Virus record (IMG/VR): IMGVR_UViG_3300028833_000080
Source of the DNA: an uncultured virus (IMG/VR IMGVR_UViG_3300028833_000080)
Lineage: Duplodnaviria > Heunggongvirae > Uroviricota > Caudoviricetes
Direction: 5' to 3' (one strand)
Length of the DNA stretch: 64,000 bases
Shown: positions 1 through 10,300 of the stretch, one piece after another
How positions within the stretch are numbered: the stretch's first letter is position 1
Layout of the letters: every line of letters starts with the position of its first letter
Made by a program: the position numbers and the translations under genes
Notes under the pieces: model-generated
What the model was told of the DNA's origin: nothing
Database searches by the model: none
What the model saw: the letters and a program-made list of their open reading frames with translations, nothing else

Positions 1-2
1 CT

Positions 3-707
3 ATGATGATTGCATTTATTTCTGGAGTAGATGAGCAACATATTCTTGATGGAGAATATTTTTCGGGGGAATGGGAGAGAGTTCAAAAAGCAGCTCAAAT
101 TTTAAAACAAAGTCCAATTTATTTTGAATCATTACCTGATTTTTCTTTAAAGGATATTGAGAATACAATTATTAGAGGAATTCGTGAACATGGATTAAAA
201 TACATTTTTCTTGATTATATTCATACATCAATGAAAATTCTTGAAGAAATAACGAAAAGGAGCGGCGGAGTTAGGCTTAGAGAAGATAATATTCTTTTTA
301 TGATGTCTATTAGACTTAAAGATTTATGTAATCAATATGGAATTTTTATTATGTCTGCAACACAATTAAATGCTGATTATACAGAATCAGAAACTCCAGA
401 TCAAAATCTTTTAAGAGGAGCAAAAAGTATTGCTGATAAAATAGATTTAGGTATGATTATGCTAGAAACAACCAATAAAGACAAAGAGGCCCTTGCTCCA
501 ATGGTAAAAAAACTTGGAATAGAAATGCCTGATATAAAAATTTCTGTTTATAAAAATAGGCGAGGTAGATGGAAAAATATTTATCTTTGGGCTAAAGCAA
601 ACAGAGGAATTTGTAGAATAGAGCCTCAATTTGTAACAAAATGGAATTATGAACTTATAGACATGGAAGATTTAAAAATACGAATTCAAGATGCTTCAGC
701 ATTTTAA
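3..707 (+). CDS. dnaB: DnaB-like replicative helicase, C-terminal part (5' end outside window)
   Basis: Motifs YIFLDYIH (Walker B), SATQLN, LRGAKSIADKID and KNRRG; directly upstream of primase. Confidence 0.85.
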   Translation: MMIAFISGVDEQHILDGEYFSGEWERVQKAAQILKQSPIYFESLPDFSLKDIENTIIRGIREHGLKYIFLDYIHTSMKILEEITKRSGGVRLREDNILFMMSIRLKDLCNQYGIFIMSATQLNADYTESETPDQNLLRGAKSIADKIDLGMIMLETTNKDKEALAPMVKKLGIEMPDIKISVYKNRRGRWKNIYLWAKANRGICRIEPQFVTKWNYELIDMEDLKIRIQDASAF

Positions 708-728
708 TAACAAGGAGTTTTATTATAA

Positions 729-1853
729 ATGGAATATTCTTATAACAAAGATGAAATTAAAGAAAATTTATCTTTGGATGATATAGAATTAATTTTAACT
801 GAATTTAATGCAGAACCCATTCGTAAAAATGGGATTATTGTAGCTCAAACAATATGCCATAATCATGCAGGAGAGGGCTCACATAAGTTATATTATTATC
901 AAAATACTGGATTATTCCATTGCTATACTGGATGTGCAGAGCCTACATTTGATATTTTTGAACTTACTCGCAAGGTAATGAGTAGAGAACATCCTAAACC
1001 CCGCGAAGATAGTGAATGGAATCTTCCAGAAGCAATAGATTACATAGCTAGAAAATTTGGTTATTCACCAAATGCTATTGTTGAAGAAAATGAGCTATCT
1101 ATTAAAGAGGACTTGACTTTATTTAAAAATTATGATAGAATAAAAAATATAGATATAGAAACACAAAAAATTGAATTAAAAGAATATGAAGGATATTTTT
1201 TAAAAAATCTTCCTCATCCTAGATTAATAGGGTGGGAACAAGAAGGAATTAAAAAAGAAATAATGGATTCTCATAATATTTGTTATAATCCTAAAAGTCA
1301 AGGAATAGTTATTCCACATTATGATATTAATGGTCGATTAATAGGAATTAGAGAAAGAACCTTAATACAAGAGCAGGCTGAAAATTATGGTAAATATATG
1401 CCAGCTAGAATAAGCGGGAAGATGTATAATCATCCTTTGGGATTTAATCTTTATAATTTAAATTGGAGTAAAGATAATATTTCTCGTATGAAAAAAGCTT
1501 TCGTATTTGAATCTGAAAAAAGTTGTCTTAAGTACGCTTCATATTTTGGACAAAATAATGACCTTTCAGTAGCTATTTGCGGAAGTTCATTTATAAATTA
1601 TCAAGCTTGGCTTTTAATTCAATTAGGAGTAGAAGAAATTGTTATTGCTCTTGATAAACAATTTCAACAACCTGGAGATGATGAATTTAATAAATTAATT
1701 AAAAATTTAAAAGGAATACATAAAAGATTTAGTAAGTATACTAAAATAAGTTTTATGTTTGATAAAAGTAATCTTTTAGGTTATAAAGATGCTCCCATAG
1801 ATAGAACCCCAGAGATATTTTTACAATTATTTAAAGAAAGGATATTTTTATAA
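729..1853 (+). CDS. dnaG: Phage DNA primase (Zn-binding plus TOPRIM domains)
   Basis: CHNH...CYTGC zinc motif; TOPRIM signatures VFESEKS and IALDK; follows helicase. Confidence 0.85.
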   Translation: MEYSYNKDEIKENLSLDDIELILTEFNAEPIRKNGIIVAQTICHNHAGEGSHKLYYYQNTGLFHCYTGCAEPTFDIFELTRKVMSREHPKPREDSEWNLPEAIDYIARKFGYSPNAIVEENELSIKEDLTLFKNYDRIKNIDIETQKIELKEYEGYFLKNLPHPRLIGWEQEGIKKEIMDSHNICYNPKSQGIVIPHYDINGRLIGIRERTLIQEQAENYGKYMPARISGKMYNHPLGFNLYNLNWSKDNISRMKKAFVFESEKSCLKYASYFGQNNDLSVAICGSSFINYQAWLLIQLGVEEIVIALDKQFQQPGDDEFNKLIKNLKGIHKRFSKYTKISFMFDKSNLLGYKDAPIDRTPEIFLQLFKERIFL

Positions 1854-2116
1854 TGCTTATTAATATTAATAAAAAACTAGATATTAATGCTCTTAAAGAT
1901 ATTTTAAATAAATCTGATTTAGACAATATACAATATATAGTTATGAATGAACATACTTTACATACCTTAGAAGCAGAGATAGAAATATCTTATGCCCACA
2001 TTTCTAATTTATTCAATAGACAAGTAAAAGAGGCAGGTCAATATTTTAGAACCATATATGGGATACCTGTTGCTGTTTGCAATAGATTAAAATTTGGTGA
2101 GGTGGATATAGTATGA
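1853..2116 (+). CDS. Hypothetical protein, 87 aa
   Basis: Translationally coupled on both sides (TAATG and ATGA overlaps). Confidence 0.7.
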   Translation: MLININKKLDINALKDILNKSDLDNIQYIVMNEHTLHTLEAEIEISYAHISNLFNRQVKEAGQYFRTIYGIPVAVCNRLKFGEVDIV

Positions 2117-3879
2117 GATATAAATTAATAAATTCACCAAATTCTCTTTTATCTGCACAAGAACAAATATTTGTAAATAGAGGTTTTAAAACAAAAGAAG
2201 AAATAAAACATTATATACATTTAACAGATGATGATATTAACCCTCCTGAGGTATTTGGAAAAGAATTATTAGAATGTGCGGCGGCCGCGGTTCGTGCAGC
2301 TTATACCGGGAATTTGGAAACATGTATTGTGGTTGACTGCGATTGTGATGGGTATACAAGTTCCGCAGTTCTAATTAATTATCTCTATGACCTAGCTCCC
2401 GCCTGGGTAGAAGAGCACGTTCATTGGTATATGCATGAAGGCAAACAACATGGACTTCAAGATTCTATAGATTGGATTGAAGATATGGGTGCTGAATTGG
2501 TTATTATTCCAGATGCAGGAAGTAATGATTGGAATGAACTTCAAAGATTACATGAACAAAAACGAGCAATTATTATTCTCGACCACCATGAAATTGAAGG
2601 CGAGGCATATCCTAATTGCATTCTTATTAATAGCCAGCTTCCTCAGTATCCAAACAAAGAATTGAGTGGTGTGGGAGTAGTATATCAGTTCTGTCGATAT
2701 ATGGATAAAATATGGAATAATAATTATGCAGATAAATATCTTGATTTAGTAGCATTGGGCTTAGTAGGGGATATGATGTCTTTAAAATCATATGAAACCC
2801 GCCGCCTAATTACTAAAGGATTAGAACCAAATGGTATTATCAATCCATTTATATATGGAATGTGGCAAAAAAATAAATTTAAATTAGGTGATACACCAAC
2901 TGCATGGGGTGAAACTTTTTATATAGTTCCTTTTGTTAACGCAATAACTCGAAGCGGAACATTAGAAGAAAAAGAATTAGTATTTAATTCAATGCTTAAA
3001 TTTAAAGCATTTCAATTAATTCCTTCTAATAAAAGAGGACATAAATTAGGAGAAACAGAAAAACTCGTTGACCAAGCAATAAGAACTTGCACTAATGTAA
3101 AAAATAGACAGGGGCGTTCAGAAGAGGCGGGAATTGAATTAGTAAAGCATCTTATTAAAGATAATAATATGATGGAACATAAAGTTCTTTTATTTCTTCT
3201 TGAACCAAATCAAATTCAAGCAGAAATTCGTGGATTAGTTGCAAATAAACTTATGGCTAGATATCAACGACCTTGTTGTATGCTTACAAAAGTAATAGAT
3301 AAAGATGGTCGAGTTTCTTATCAAGGTTCTGCGCGTGGATGTGACAAAGTTGGCATTACAGAATTTAAAGATATATGTGCAGCGACCCAGGTCTGTGATT
3401 ATACAATTGGGCACCAAGGAGCATTTGGTTTAGGACTTCCCGCCGAAAAAATAAAAGAATTTATTAAAAGTACAGATTCTCAATTAGAAGATATGCCCAA
3501 TGAACCATTATATTATGTAGATTTTGTTTGGGAGCCTACAGATATGTTTGGTCAAGATATCATAGATATAGCTAAATTTGATAAATATATTGGTAAAGAT
3601 TTAGATGAACCTCTTGTAGCTGTTCATAATGTAGAAATTACTAAAGACAATATTGTTATGATGGCTTCAAATACAGTTAAAATTACCTTACCAAATGGGG
3701 TATCAATGATTAAATTTAATATGCCGCAAGAAGAATTTGATAATTTATATTCAAACAGCGGGTCTGTAACTATTGATGTTATTGGTAAATGTAATATAAA
3801 TTCTTGGAATGGAAATGAATATCCACAAATTTTAATAAATGATTATAATATAAAAAAGAAAGTGGCTTATGTATTTTAA
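2113..3879 (+). CDS. recJ: RecJ-like single-stranded DNA exonuclease (DHH family)
   Basis: DCDCDG, PDAG, LDHH, GLVGDMM, GSARG and GHQGAFG motifs. Confidence 0.9.
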   Translation: MRYKLINSPNSLLSAQEQIFVNRGFKTKEEIKHYIHLTDDDINPPEVFGKELLECAAAAVRAAYTGNLETCIVVDCDCDGYTSSAVLINYLYDLAPAWVEEHVHWYMHEGKQHGLQDSIDWIEDMGAELVIIPDAGSNDWNELQRLHEQKRAIIILDHHEIEGEAYPNCILINSQLPQYPNKELSGVGVVYQFCRYMDKIWNNNYADKYLDLVALGLVGDMMSLKSYETRRLITKGLEPNGIINPFIYGMWQKNKFKLGDTPTAWGETFYIVPFVNAITRSGTLEEKELVFNSMLKFKAFQLIPSNKRGHKLGETEKLVDQAIRTCTNVKNRQGRSEEAGIELVKHLIKDNNMMEHKVLLFLLEPNQIQAEIRGLVANKLMARYQRPCCMLTKVIDKDGRVSYQGSARGCDKVGITEFKDICAATQVCDYTIGHQGAFGLGLPAEKIKEFIKSTDSQLEDMPNEPLYYVDFVWEPTDMFGQDIIDIAKFDKYIGKDLDEPLVAVHNVEITKDNIVMMASNTVKITLPNGVSMIKFNMPQEEFDNLYSNSGSVTIDVIGKCNINSWNGNEYPQILINDYNIKKKVAYVF

Positions 3880-3916
3880 AAAGTGAAGGTTAAAAAACCT
3901 TCACTTTACTTTTTTT
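3880..3916 (+). terminator. Rho-independent terminator after recJ
   Basis: Stem AAAGTGAAGGTT/AACCTTCACTTT followed by a T-rich tract. Confidence 0.75.
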
Positions 3917-3933
3917 AAAAAATATGTTATAAT
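3905..3933 (+). promoter_or_regulatory. SigA-type promoter with extended -10
   Basis: TTTACT-N17-TATAAT with TG at -15/-14; overlaps the terminator 3' arm. Confidence 0.7.
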
Positions 3934-3969
3934 ATTATTATAGAGAAAAAATAAAGAGGAAAATAAAAA

Positions 3970-5148
3970 ATGCAATTAACAGAAAAACAGGAAGCTGGAC
4001 TTTCTGAAGCTTTAACTAGATATAAAAATCATGAGAAATATGTTGTTATTTCGGGGTATGCTGGTACAGGTAAAACGACTCTAGTCAAATTTATTATAGA
4101 GGCACTGGATGTAGAGGAAGATAAGGTGGCTTATGCAACTTTTACAGGTAAAGCTGCAGAGGTTCTTCGTAAAAAAGGAAATAAAAATGCTATGACACTT
4201 CATCGCCTACTTTATGATTCAATTCCTAGACCAGGGGGAGGTTTTTTCAGAAAACCGAAAATGAGTTTAGATTATACAATTATAGTTGTAGATGAGTGTT
4301 CAATGGTACCTAAGTCAATGATAGATATGCTTCTAAAACATAAAGTTTTTATTTTATTCCTAGGAGATCCTGGCCAGCTTCCAATGATTGATAAGACTGA
4401 ATCTCATGATCTTTTAACTCATCCGCATGTATTTTTAGACCAGATTATGCGACAAGCTGCTGAATCAGAAATTATTCAGTTAACTATGAAAATTCGTAAT
4501 GGAGAAGAAATTCCTTATATGCAAGGTAAGGAAGTAATAGTAACCCCTAAGAAAGAACTTGTAACTGGACATCTCTTATGGGCAGATACTATAATTACTG
4601 CAACTAATATTACTCGACATAATATTAATAATCAAGTACGTTCATTACTTGGTTTTAGTGGTGAACTGATGCCAGGAGAAAAACTCATTATAAAAAGAAA
4701 TTATTGGGAAGATCTAAATGATGAAGGTGACGCTCTAGTGAATGGCACTATAGGAACAGTGAATAACATATACAATAGTTATATTAATATTCCTTATTAT
4801 ATTCAAAATGATAGGCATAGAATACCTACTATCATGTGCGATTTTATTCCTGAAGTAGGTAGCACGTATTCTTCAATTAATTTAGATAAAGACTTTTTAT
4901 TAGATGAAAATCCTTGTGTTGATTGGAGAGTTTCATATAGACTAGGTAAATTAAGAAACAAAATTGGAGATATTCTTCCTCGACAAGCGACTTATGGCTA
5001 TGCAATAACTGGGCATGCAGCTCAAGGTTCCCAGTTTCCAAAAGTATTGGTAATAGAAGAAAATTTTCCATTCGATCGTGAAGAGCATAAACGCTGGTTA
5101 TATACGTGCTGCACCAGACCCGAGGATAAATTAGTCTTAGTGAGGTAA
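3970..5148 (+). CDS. RecD/Dda-like SF1B helicase
   Basis: GYAGTGKTT Walker A, VVDECSM Walker B, GDPGQLP, YAITGHAAQGSQF and WLYTCCTR motifs. Confidence 0.9.
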   Translation: MQLTEKQEAGLSEALTRYKNHEKYVVISGYAGTGKTTLVKFIIEALDVEEDKVAYATFTGKAAEVLRKKGNKNAMTLHRLLYDSIPRPGGGFFRKPKMSLDYTIIVVDECSMVPKSMIDMLLKHKVFILFLGDPGQLPMIDKTESHDLLTHPHVFLDQIMRQAAESEIIQLTMKIRNGEEIPYMQGKEVIVTPKKELVTGHLLWADTIITATNITRHNINNQVRSLLGFSGELMPGEKLIIKRNYWEDLNDEGDALVNGTIGTVNNIYNSYINIPYYIQNDRHRIPTIMCDFIPEVGSTYSSINLDKDFLLDENPCVDWRVSYRLGKLRNKIGDILPRQATYGYAITGHAAQGSQFPKVLVIEENFPFDREEHKRWLYTCCTRPEDKLVLVR

Positions 5149-5155
5149 TAAAAAA

Positions 5156-5452
5156 ATGAAAAGAGCTGAAAGGCGTAGACTTCGAGAACGAAAAATCAAA
5201 CAAAGAAAAAATTTATTAAAATCACTTTATTGGTGGTATCGAAAAGATAGTATTAATCCAAAAATAGAGATGCCTGAAGATGGATATTTTGAAAATGGAA
5301 GTTTTTTAAATGCAGAAGGTGGACCTTCTAAAAAAACTAATTGGAGAAAAGGTCATTCTAATTATAGGCGTAAGGGGTCTTATGGAAAAGGAATGAATTA
5401 TAAGCCTCATGATCAAAGACAAATTGATAAAGAAATAAATCAGGAGAAATAA
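5156..5452 (+). CDS. Hypothetical basic protein, 98 aa
   Basis: RBS GAGG upstream; Lys/Arg-rich. Confidence 0.65.
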   Translation: MKRAERRRLRERKIKQRKNLLKSLYWWYRKDSINPKIEMPEDGYFENGSFLNAEGGPSKKTNWRKGHSNYRRKGSYGKGMNYKPHDQRQIDKEINQEK

Positions 5453-5453
5453 A

Positions 5454-5609
5454 ATGAAAAAGATAACATTTGCATTTAAAGATAAATTATCAAATTATAA
5501 GTGGAGAACTCAAAGCTGTGAAGTAGAATCTGTAGAAGAATGCATTCATATTTATGGATTAGATAAACCTGATATTGTTTATGAAATTCTTGAAGAAAAG
5601 GAGATTTGA
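5454..5609 (+). CDS. Small hypothetical protein, 51 aa (MKKITFAFKDK...EEKEI), below ORF-track cutoff
   Basis: AGGAGA RBS, ATG at 5454, TGA at 5607-5609; fills the gap between neighbouring genes. Confidence 0.65.
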   Translation: MKKITFAFKDKLSNYKWRTQSCEVESVEECIHIYGLDKPDIVYEILEEKEI

Positions 5610-5612
5610 CTT

Positions 5613-5807
5613 ATGATTTTACTTGGACTTTTATTAATTTTATTAGGCATTGCTCTTAGTTGGGGAATTACAATAGGCATTATAGCATTAATTTGTGTTT
5701 GCTTTGGGCTTACTTTTAGTTTACCAATAGCAACAGGAATTTGGCTAGTATTATGTTTAATAAGCTCTTTTTTAAAGCCAACATCATCAAGTAAGCAGGG
5801 AAAATAA
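5613..5807 (+). CDS. Small hydrophobic membrane protein, 64 aa
   Basis: About two TM-length hydrophobic segments; AAGGAG RBS. Confidence 0.7.
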   Translation: MILLGLLLILLGIALSWGITIGIIALICVCFGLTFSLPIATGIWLVLCLISSFLKPTSSSKQGK

Positions 5808-5809
5808 AA

Positions 5810-6001
5810 ATGTATAGATTAGTTGAAGAAAATAAATTAAGAAAATTGATTGAAGGAAATTTAATTTATGAAGAATTGTCAGCTTGTGGAGTTGATAATT
5901 GGGTTGATTGGAGTGAAGCGCATTTTCTTCCAGATATCAATGATATTGAAAAAGAGTTAAATGAGTTTGATAAATTTGAGGAGCGTGATTCTGATGATTA
6001 A
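5810..6001 (+). CDS. Hypothetical protein, 63 aa (GVDNW motif)
   Basis: Coupled ORF; CGVDNWxxW motif recurrent in small phage proteins. Confidence 0.65.
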   Translation: MYRLVEENKLRKLIEGNLIYEELSACGVDNWVDWSEAHFLPDINDIEKELNEFDKFEERDSDD

Positions 6002-6743
6002 ATCATTATATCCACAATTTCAAAGATGGTCTGCTACGGGTTCAATTTATTTAATATCAGATACTCATTTTGATGATGATTGTAAAATTATGAATCCTAA
6101 TTGGATTAATCCTAAAGAGCATATGAAAAGAATAAAAAGAGATGTACAAAAAAGTGATACTCTTATTCATTTAGGAGATGTAGGTAATCCAACATATTTA
6201 GATGAATTAAAATGTTATAAGGTTCTTATTTCAGGCAATCATGATATATTAAGCAAAGTAGCTGACCATTTTGATGAAATATATACTGGACCTTTATTTA
6301 TTGCAGATAGAATATTACTTAGCCATGAGCCAATTTATGGATTAGAAGAATTTACTCTTAATATTCATGGTCATATTCATAATGGACCCACCGCAACTTA
6401 TTATGATATAGGCGGGAAGTATAGAACTTCTCATTTAAATTTAGCATCTGATGTTGCTCAATGGTATCCATGCAATTTAAGAACTGTTATTGAAGCTGGA
6501 TATTTATCAGAAATTCCCAATTATCATAGAGTTACTATTGATAAGGCTATAGAAAGAAAAGAACAAAGAGAAGAATATAGTAGATATTTTGGTAAAGATT
6601 TTGCTTTTAAATTAGATAAAATTATAAATGAACCATATAATTCATCAGTCCCCGCCCCCTGCATAAATTGCGCTAATCATCCTAGTAATGGTGGGAATGG
6701 AATTTGTCATTGTACATTAGCTTCACCAATAATAACTTGTTAA
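5994..6743 (+). CDS. Calcineurin-like metallophosphoesterase with Cys-rich C-terminal tail
   Basis: SDTH, HLGDVG, GNHD, SHEP and HGHIH motifs. Start reassigned to ATG 5994 behind GAGGAG. Confidence 0.85.
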   Translation: MIKSLYPQFQRWSATGSIYLISDTHFDDDCKIMNPNWINPKEHMKRIKRDVQKSDTLIHLGDVGNPTYLDELKCYKVLISGNHDILSKVADHFDEIYTGPLFIADRILLSHEPIYGLEEFTLNIHGHIHNGPTATYYDIGGKYRTSHLNLASDVAQWYPCNLRTVIEAGYLSEIPNYHRVTIDKAIERKEQREEYSRYFGKDFAFKLDKIINEPYNSSVPAPCINCANHPSNGGNGICHCTLASPIITC

Positions 6744-6755
6744 AAGGAAATAGAT

Positions 6756-7238
6756 ATGAATTTTTTTATTGCCACTTCATATTTTTATCAAATTAGAAAT
6801 TTTAAACAATGGTATATACCCGTATCAACGGCGCTTAGTGATCCAGATTGGTATAGACCACGAAATGAAGAAGAATACTTTTTAGACAAGAGGGGTGTAG
6901 TGTGCGGGCTTCGATATGAACCTCTCATAGTTCAAAAATATGGAACTAAAGAGTGTATTGGAGAACATTCAATTTGTCCGTTATGGGCAACACAAGATAA
7001 AAATTATCAATGTGAATGTATGCAAGAATATTACATTTTACTTTCTTCTCTTGTTGATAAAGAGAAAACTTTAAAAGCATTTGAGTATTGTGCTAATAAA
7101 TTTAAAAAAGAATTAAATTTACCTTGTGATCCAATTATTGTACTTATGGTTTATGAAGCACCAAATAATGTATGTAGTGAAAGATATGCTTTACAAAAAT
7201 TCTTTAATTGTAAAGAATTGAAGTATCCAATATGTTAA
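6756..7238 (+). CDS. Hypothetical protein, possibly DUF488-like
   Basis: N-terminal TSYF and C-terminal LMVYEAP..CSER resemble the DUF488 pattern; family call tentative. Confidence 0.55.
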   Translation: MNFFIATSYFYQIRNFKQWYIPVSTALSDPDWYRPRNEEEYFLDKRGVVCGLRYEPLIVQKYGTKECIGEHSICPLWATQDKNYQCECMQEYYILLSSLVDKEKTLKAFEYCANKFKKELNLPCDPIIVLMVYEAPNNVCSERYALQKFFNCKELKYPIC

Positions 7239-7295
7239 GGCGGGCGCCGGTTTTAATCCAAAGAAACATTGGACGTGGCTGCCGCCTTGCTTTTT
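7237..7295 (+). repeat. GC-rich hairpin element, copy 1 (possible terminator)
   Basis: AAGGCGG...CCGCCTT outer stem, TCCAA/TTGGA inner stem, then a T tract; related to 11313-11356 and 17042-17089. Confidence 0.55.
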
Positions 7296-7299
7296 ATAC

Positions 7300-7328
7300 T
7301 TGCATTTTATAAAAAATTATGTTATAAT
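7300..7328 (+). promoter_or_regulatory. SigA-type promoter for dnaE
   Basis: TTGCAT-N17-TATAAT with extended TG. Confidence 0.8.
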
Positions 7329-7368
7329 ATTATATAAAGTAAAAAAGAAAAAGAAATGAGGGATATAA

Positions 7369-10300
7369 ATGCTTAGGTTTGAACCGCACTCGCACACGAT
7401 GTATAGCAATATAAGACTACTTGACAGTATCAATCGTCCAGATCAGTTAATAAAAAGGGCGGTTGAAATTGGGTTAGCTGGAATAGCAATTACAGATCAC
7501 GAGATTCTTGGTTGCCATATCGAGGTTAATAAAATAGCGGCTGGATTAAGAGAAACAAATCCTAATTTTAAAATAGCATTAGGAAATGAAATATATCTTA
7601 CAGATACTAGAGAATCTGGTCAAAAATATTGGCATTTTATTCTTCTAGCTAGAGATGCAATAGGACATCGTCAATTAAGAGAATTATCATCTTTAGCTTG
7701 GATGAATTCATATTTTGATAGAGGACTTGAAAGAGTCCCAACTTTAAAATCAGATCTTGAGAAAGTAGTTAAAGCAAATCCAGGTCATTTAATTGCAACT
7801 TCCGCATGTATAGGCGGAGAATTATCTGGAAATACATTAATAATGGAAAATGCAAGAAAAATTGGTGATAATGAAACAGCAGAGAAAGCAAAACAGAATA
7901 TCATCAATTTTGTATTGTGGTGTAAAAATTTATTTAATAATGATTTTTATATAGAGTGTGCTCCTGGAGCTAGTAAAGATCAAATTATCGTGAATAAAAA
8001 ACTTGTAGAATTAGCTCAAGTTTTTAATTGTAAAATGGTAATTGGTTCTGATGCTCATTATCTTAAAAAGGAAGATAGATATGTACATGAAGCATATCTT
8101 AATTCAAAAGGTGGAGAGCGTGAAACCGCACAGTTTTATGAATATGCTTATCTTCAAACTGATGATGATATAAAAGAAAATTTAGCTCCTTCTATTGGTG
8201 ATTTAATTGATATTATGTATGCTAATAGTATGGAGATATATGATAAAATAGAATGGTATGATTTAACTCATCCTCAAACTATACCTAGTGTTGAAGTGCA
8301 AGATTATCCTAAAAAAGTAATGGGTAAAGCATCAGAAAAATATCCTACTCTTAATTCAATGTTTTCTTCTGATGATAAAGCTGAAAGATATTGGGTAAAT
8401 ACTTGTATAAATAAATTAAAAGAAAAAAATTTATTTGAAACAAGATATTTAGAAAGACTTGAAGAAGAAGCTGATATTAAAAAAGTTATTAGCGAAAAAC
8501 TTCATACTAACCTTTTTCTTTATCCTATAACTCTTGCTCATTATGTAGATATGTTTTGGGAATGTGGTTCGATAGTAGGTGCGGGACGTGGTTCATCTTG
8601 TTCTGGTCTTAATCATTATTTATTAGGTGTTACACAGCTCGACCCCTTGAAATGGAACTTCCCATTCTGGAGATATTTGAATAAAGAACGAGTTGAGTTA
8701 GGTGATATAGATTTGGATTTATGTCCTAGTAAAAGACCTATTATCATTCAGAAAATTAAAGAAGAGCGTGGTAAGAATTTTAAACCTGAAATAGATGAAA
8801 TATCTCGCAAGAACCTGGGATGCACGATGGTCGCCACATATGGGACCGAAACTACAAAGAGTACGATTTTAACAAGTTGTAGAGGTTATCGTTCTGAAAA
8901 TTATCCTAATGGAATTGATGTTGACACAGCGCAGTATCTTAGTTCACTCATTCCACAAGAGAGAGGATTTTTATGGACGTTAAAAGAAGTAATATATGGC
9001 AATCCAGAAAAAGATAGAAAGCCAGTTACGACTTTTATTAATGAAGTTAATAATTATCCAGGTCTTCTTGATATTATGTTAGGTATTGAAGGACTTATCT
9101 CTCGTAGAGGTATTCATGCATCTGGTGTAATTTTGTTTGATGAAGATCCATATGAATTTGGTTGTTTCATGAAAGCGCCAAATGGGGAAATTACAACTCA
9201 GTACGACTTGCATATGGCGGAGGCCGCAGGTATGACGAAGTACGATTTCTTGTTAACAGAAGTACAGGATAAGATTGCACAATGTATTAAGTTTTTACAA
9301 GAGAATGGAGAAATTGAAAAAGATTTAACATTAAGAGAAGTATATAATAAATACTTTCATCCCGATGTTTTAGATATAGAAGATGAAGCAACATGGAAGA
9401 ATATTCAAGAAGGAAAGATTTTAAATATCTTTCAGTTTGATTCAGATATAGGAAGCCAAGCCGCTAAGAAAATTGCACCAAAGAACATGATTGAGTTAAG
9501 TGACGCAAATGGTTTGATGCGACTTATGACTGCTGAAAAAGGTGCAGAAACGCCAATGGATAAATATATTCGTTACAAGAATAATATTAAACTTTGGTAT
9601 GATGAAATGAAAAAAGCTCATTTAACTGATAATGAAATTAAAGCGGTTGAACCATACTTCAAATCTTCATATGGAGTTCCACCCTCACAGGAGCAGTTAA
9701 TGATGATGCTTATGGATGAAGATATTTGTCACTTTACTCTTGCTGAAGCAAATGCGGCAAGAAAAATAGTTGGTAAAAAACAAATGTCTAAAATTCCAGA
9801 ATTAAAAGAAAAAATTATGAATCAGGCATCATCCGCCATGTTAGGCAAATATATTTGGGAATGTGGTGTAGGACCCCAGATGGGATATTCTTTTAGCGTG
9901 ATTCATGCAACAGCATACTCATTCATCGGATATCAAACTGCATATTTAGCTACACGATGGAATCCTATATATTGGGATACGGCTTGTTTAGTAGTTAATA
10001 GCGGTAGTCTTGAAGAAGATAATGATCAATATGATGAAGATGAAGAAGGAACTGTAAAGAAAAAAGAGAAAGGTACAGATTTTGCTAAAGTGGCTAAAGC
10101 TATTGGTGAAATCACTTCTCATGGTATTGAAGTTTCTCTTGTTAATATAAATACATCTGATTATGGATTCGAACCAGATATAGCAAATAATAGAATTCTT
10201 TATGGATTAAAAGCATTAAGTAATGTAAATGCTGAAACAATAGAGAAGATAAAGGGCGGGCGCCCTTATACTGGAATTAAAGATTTCATGGTTCGATGCC

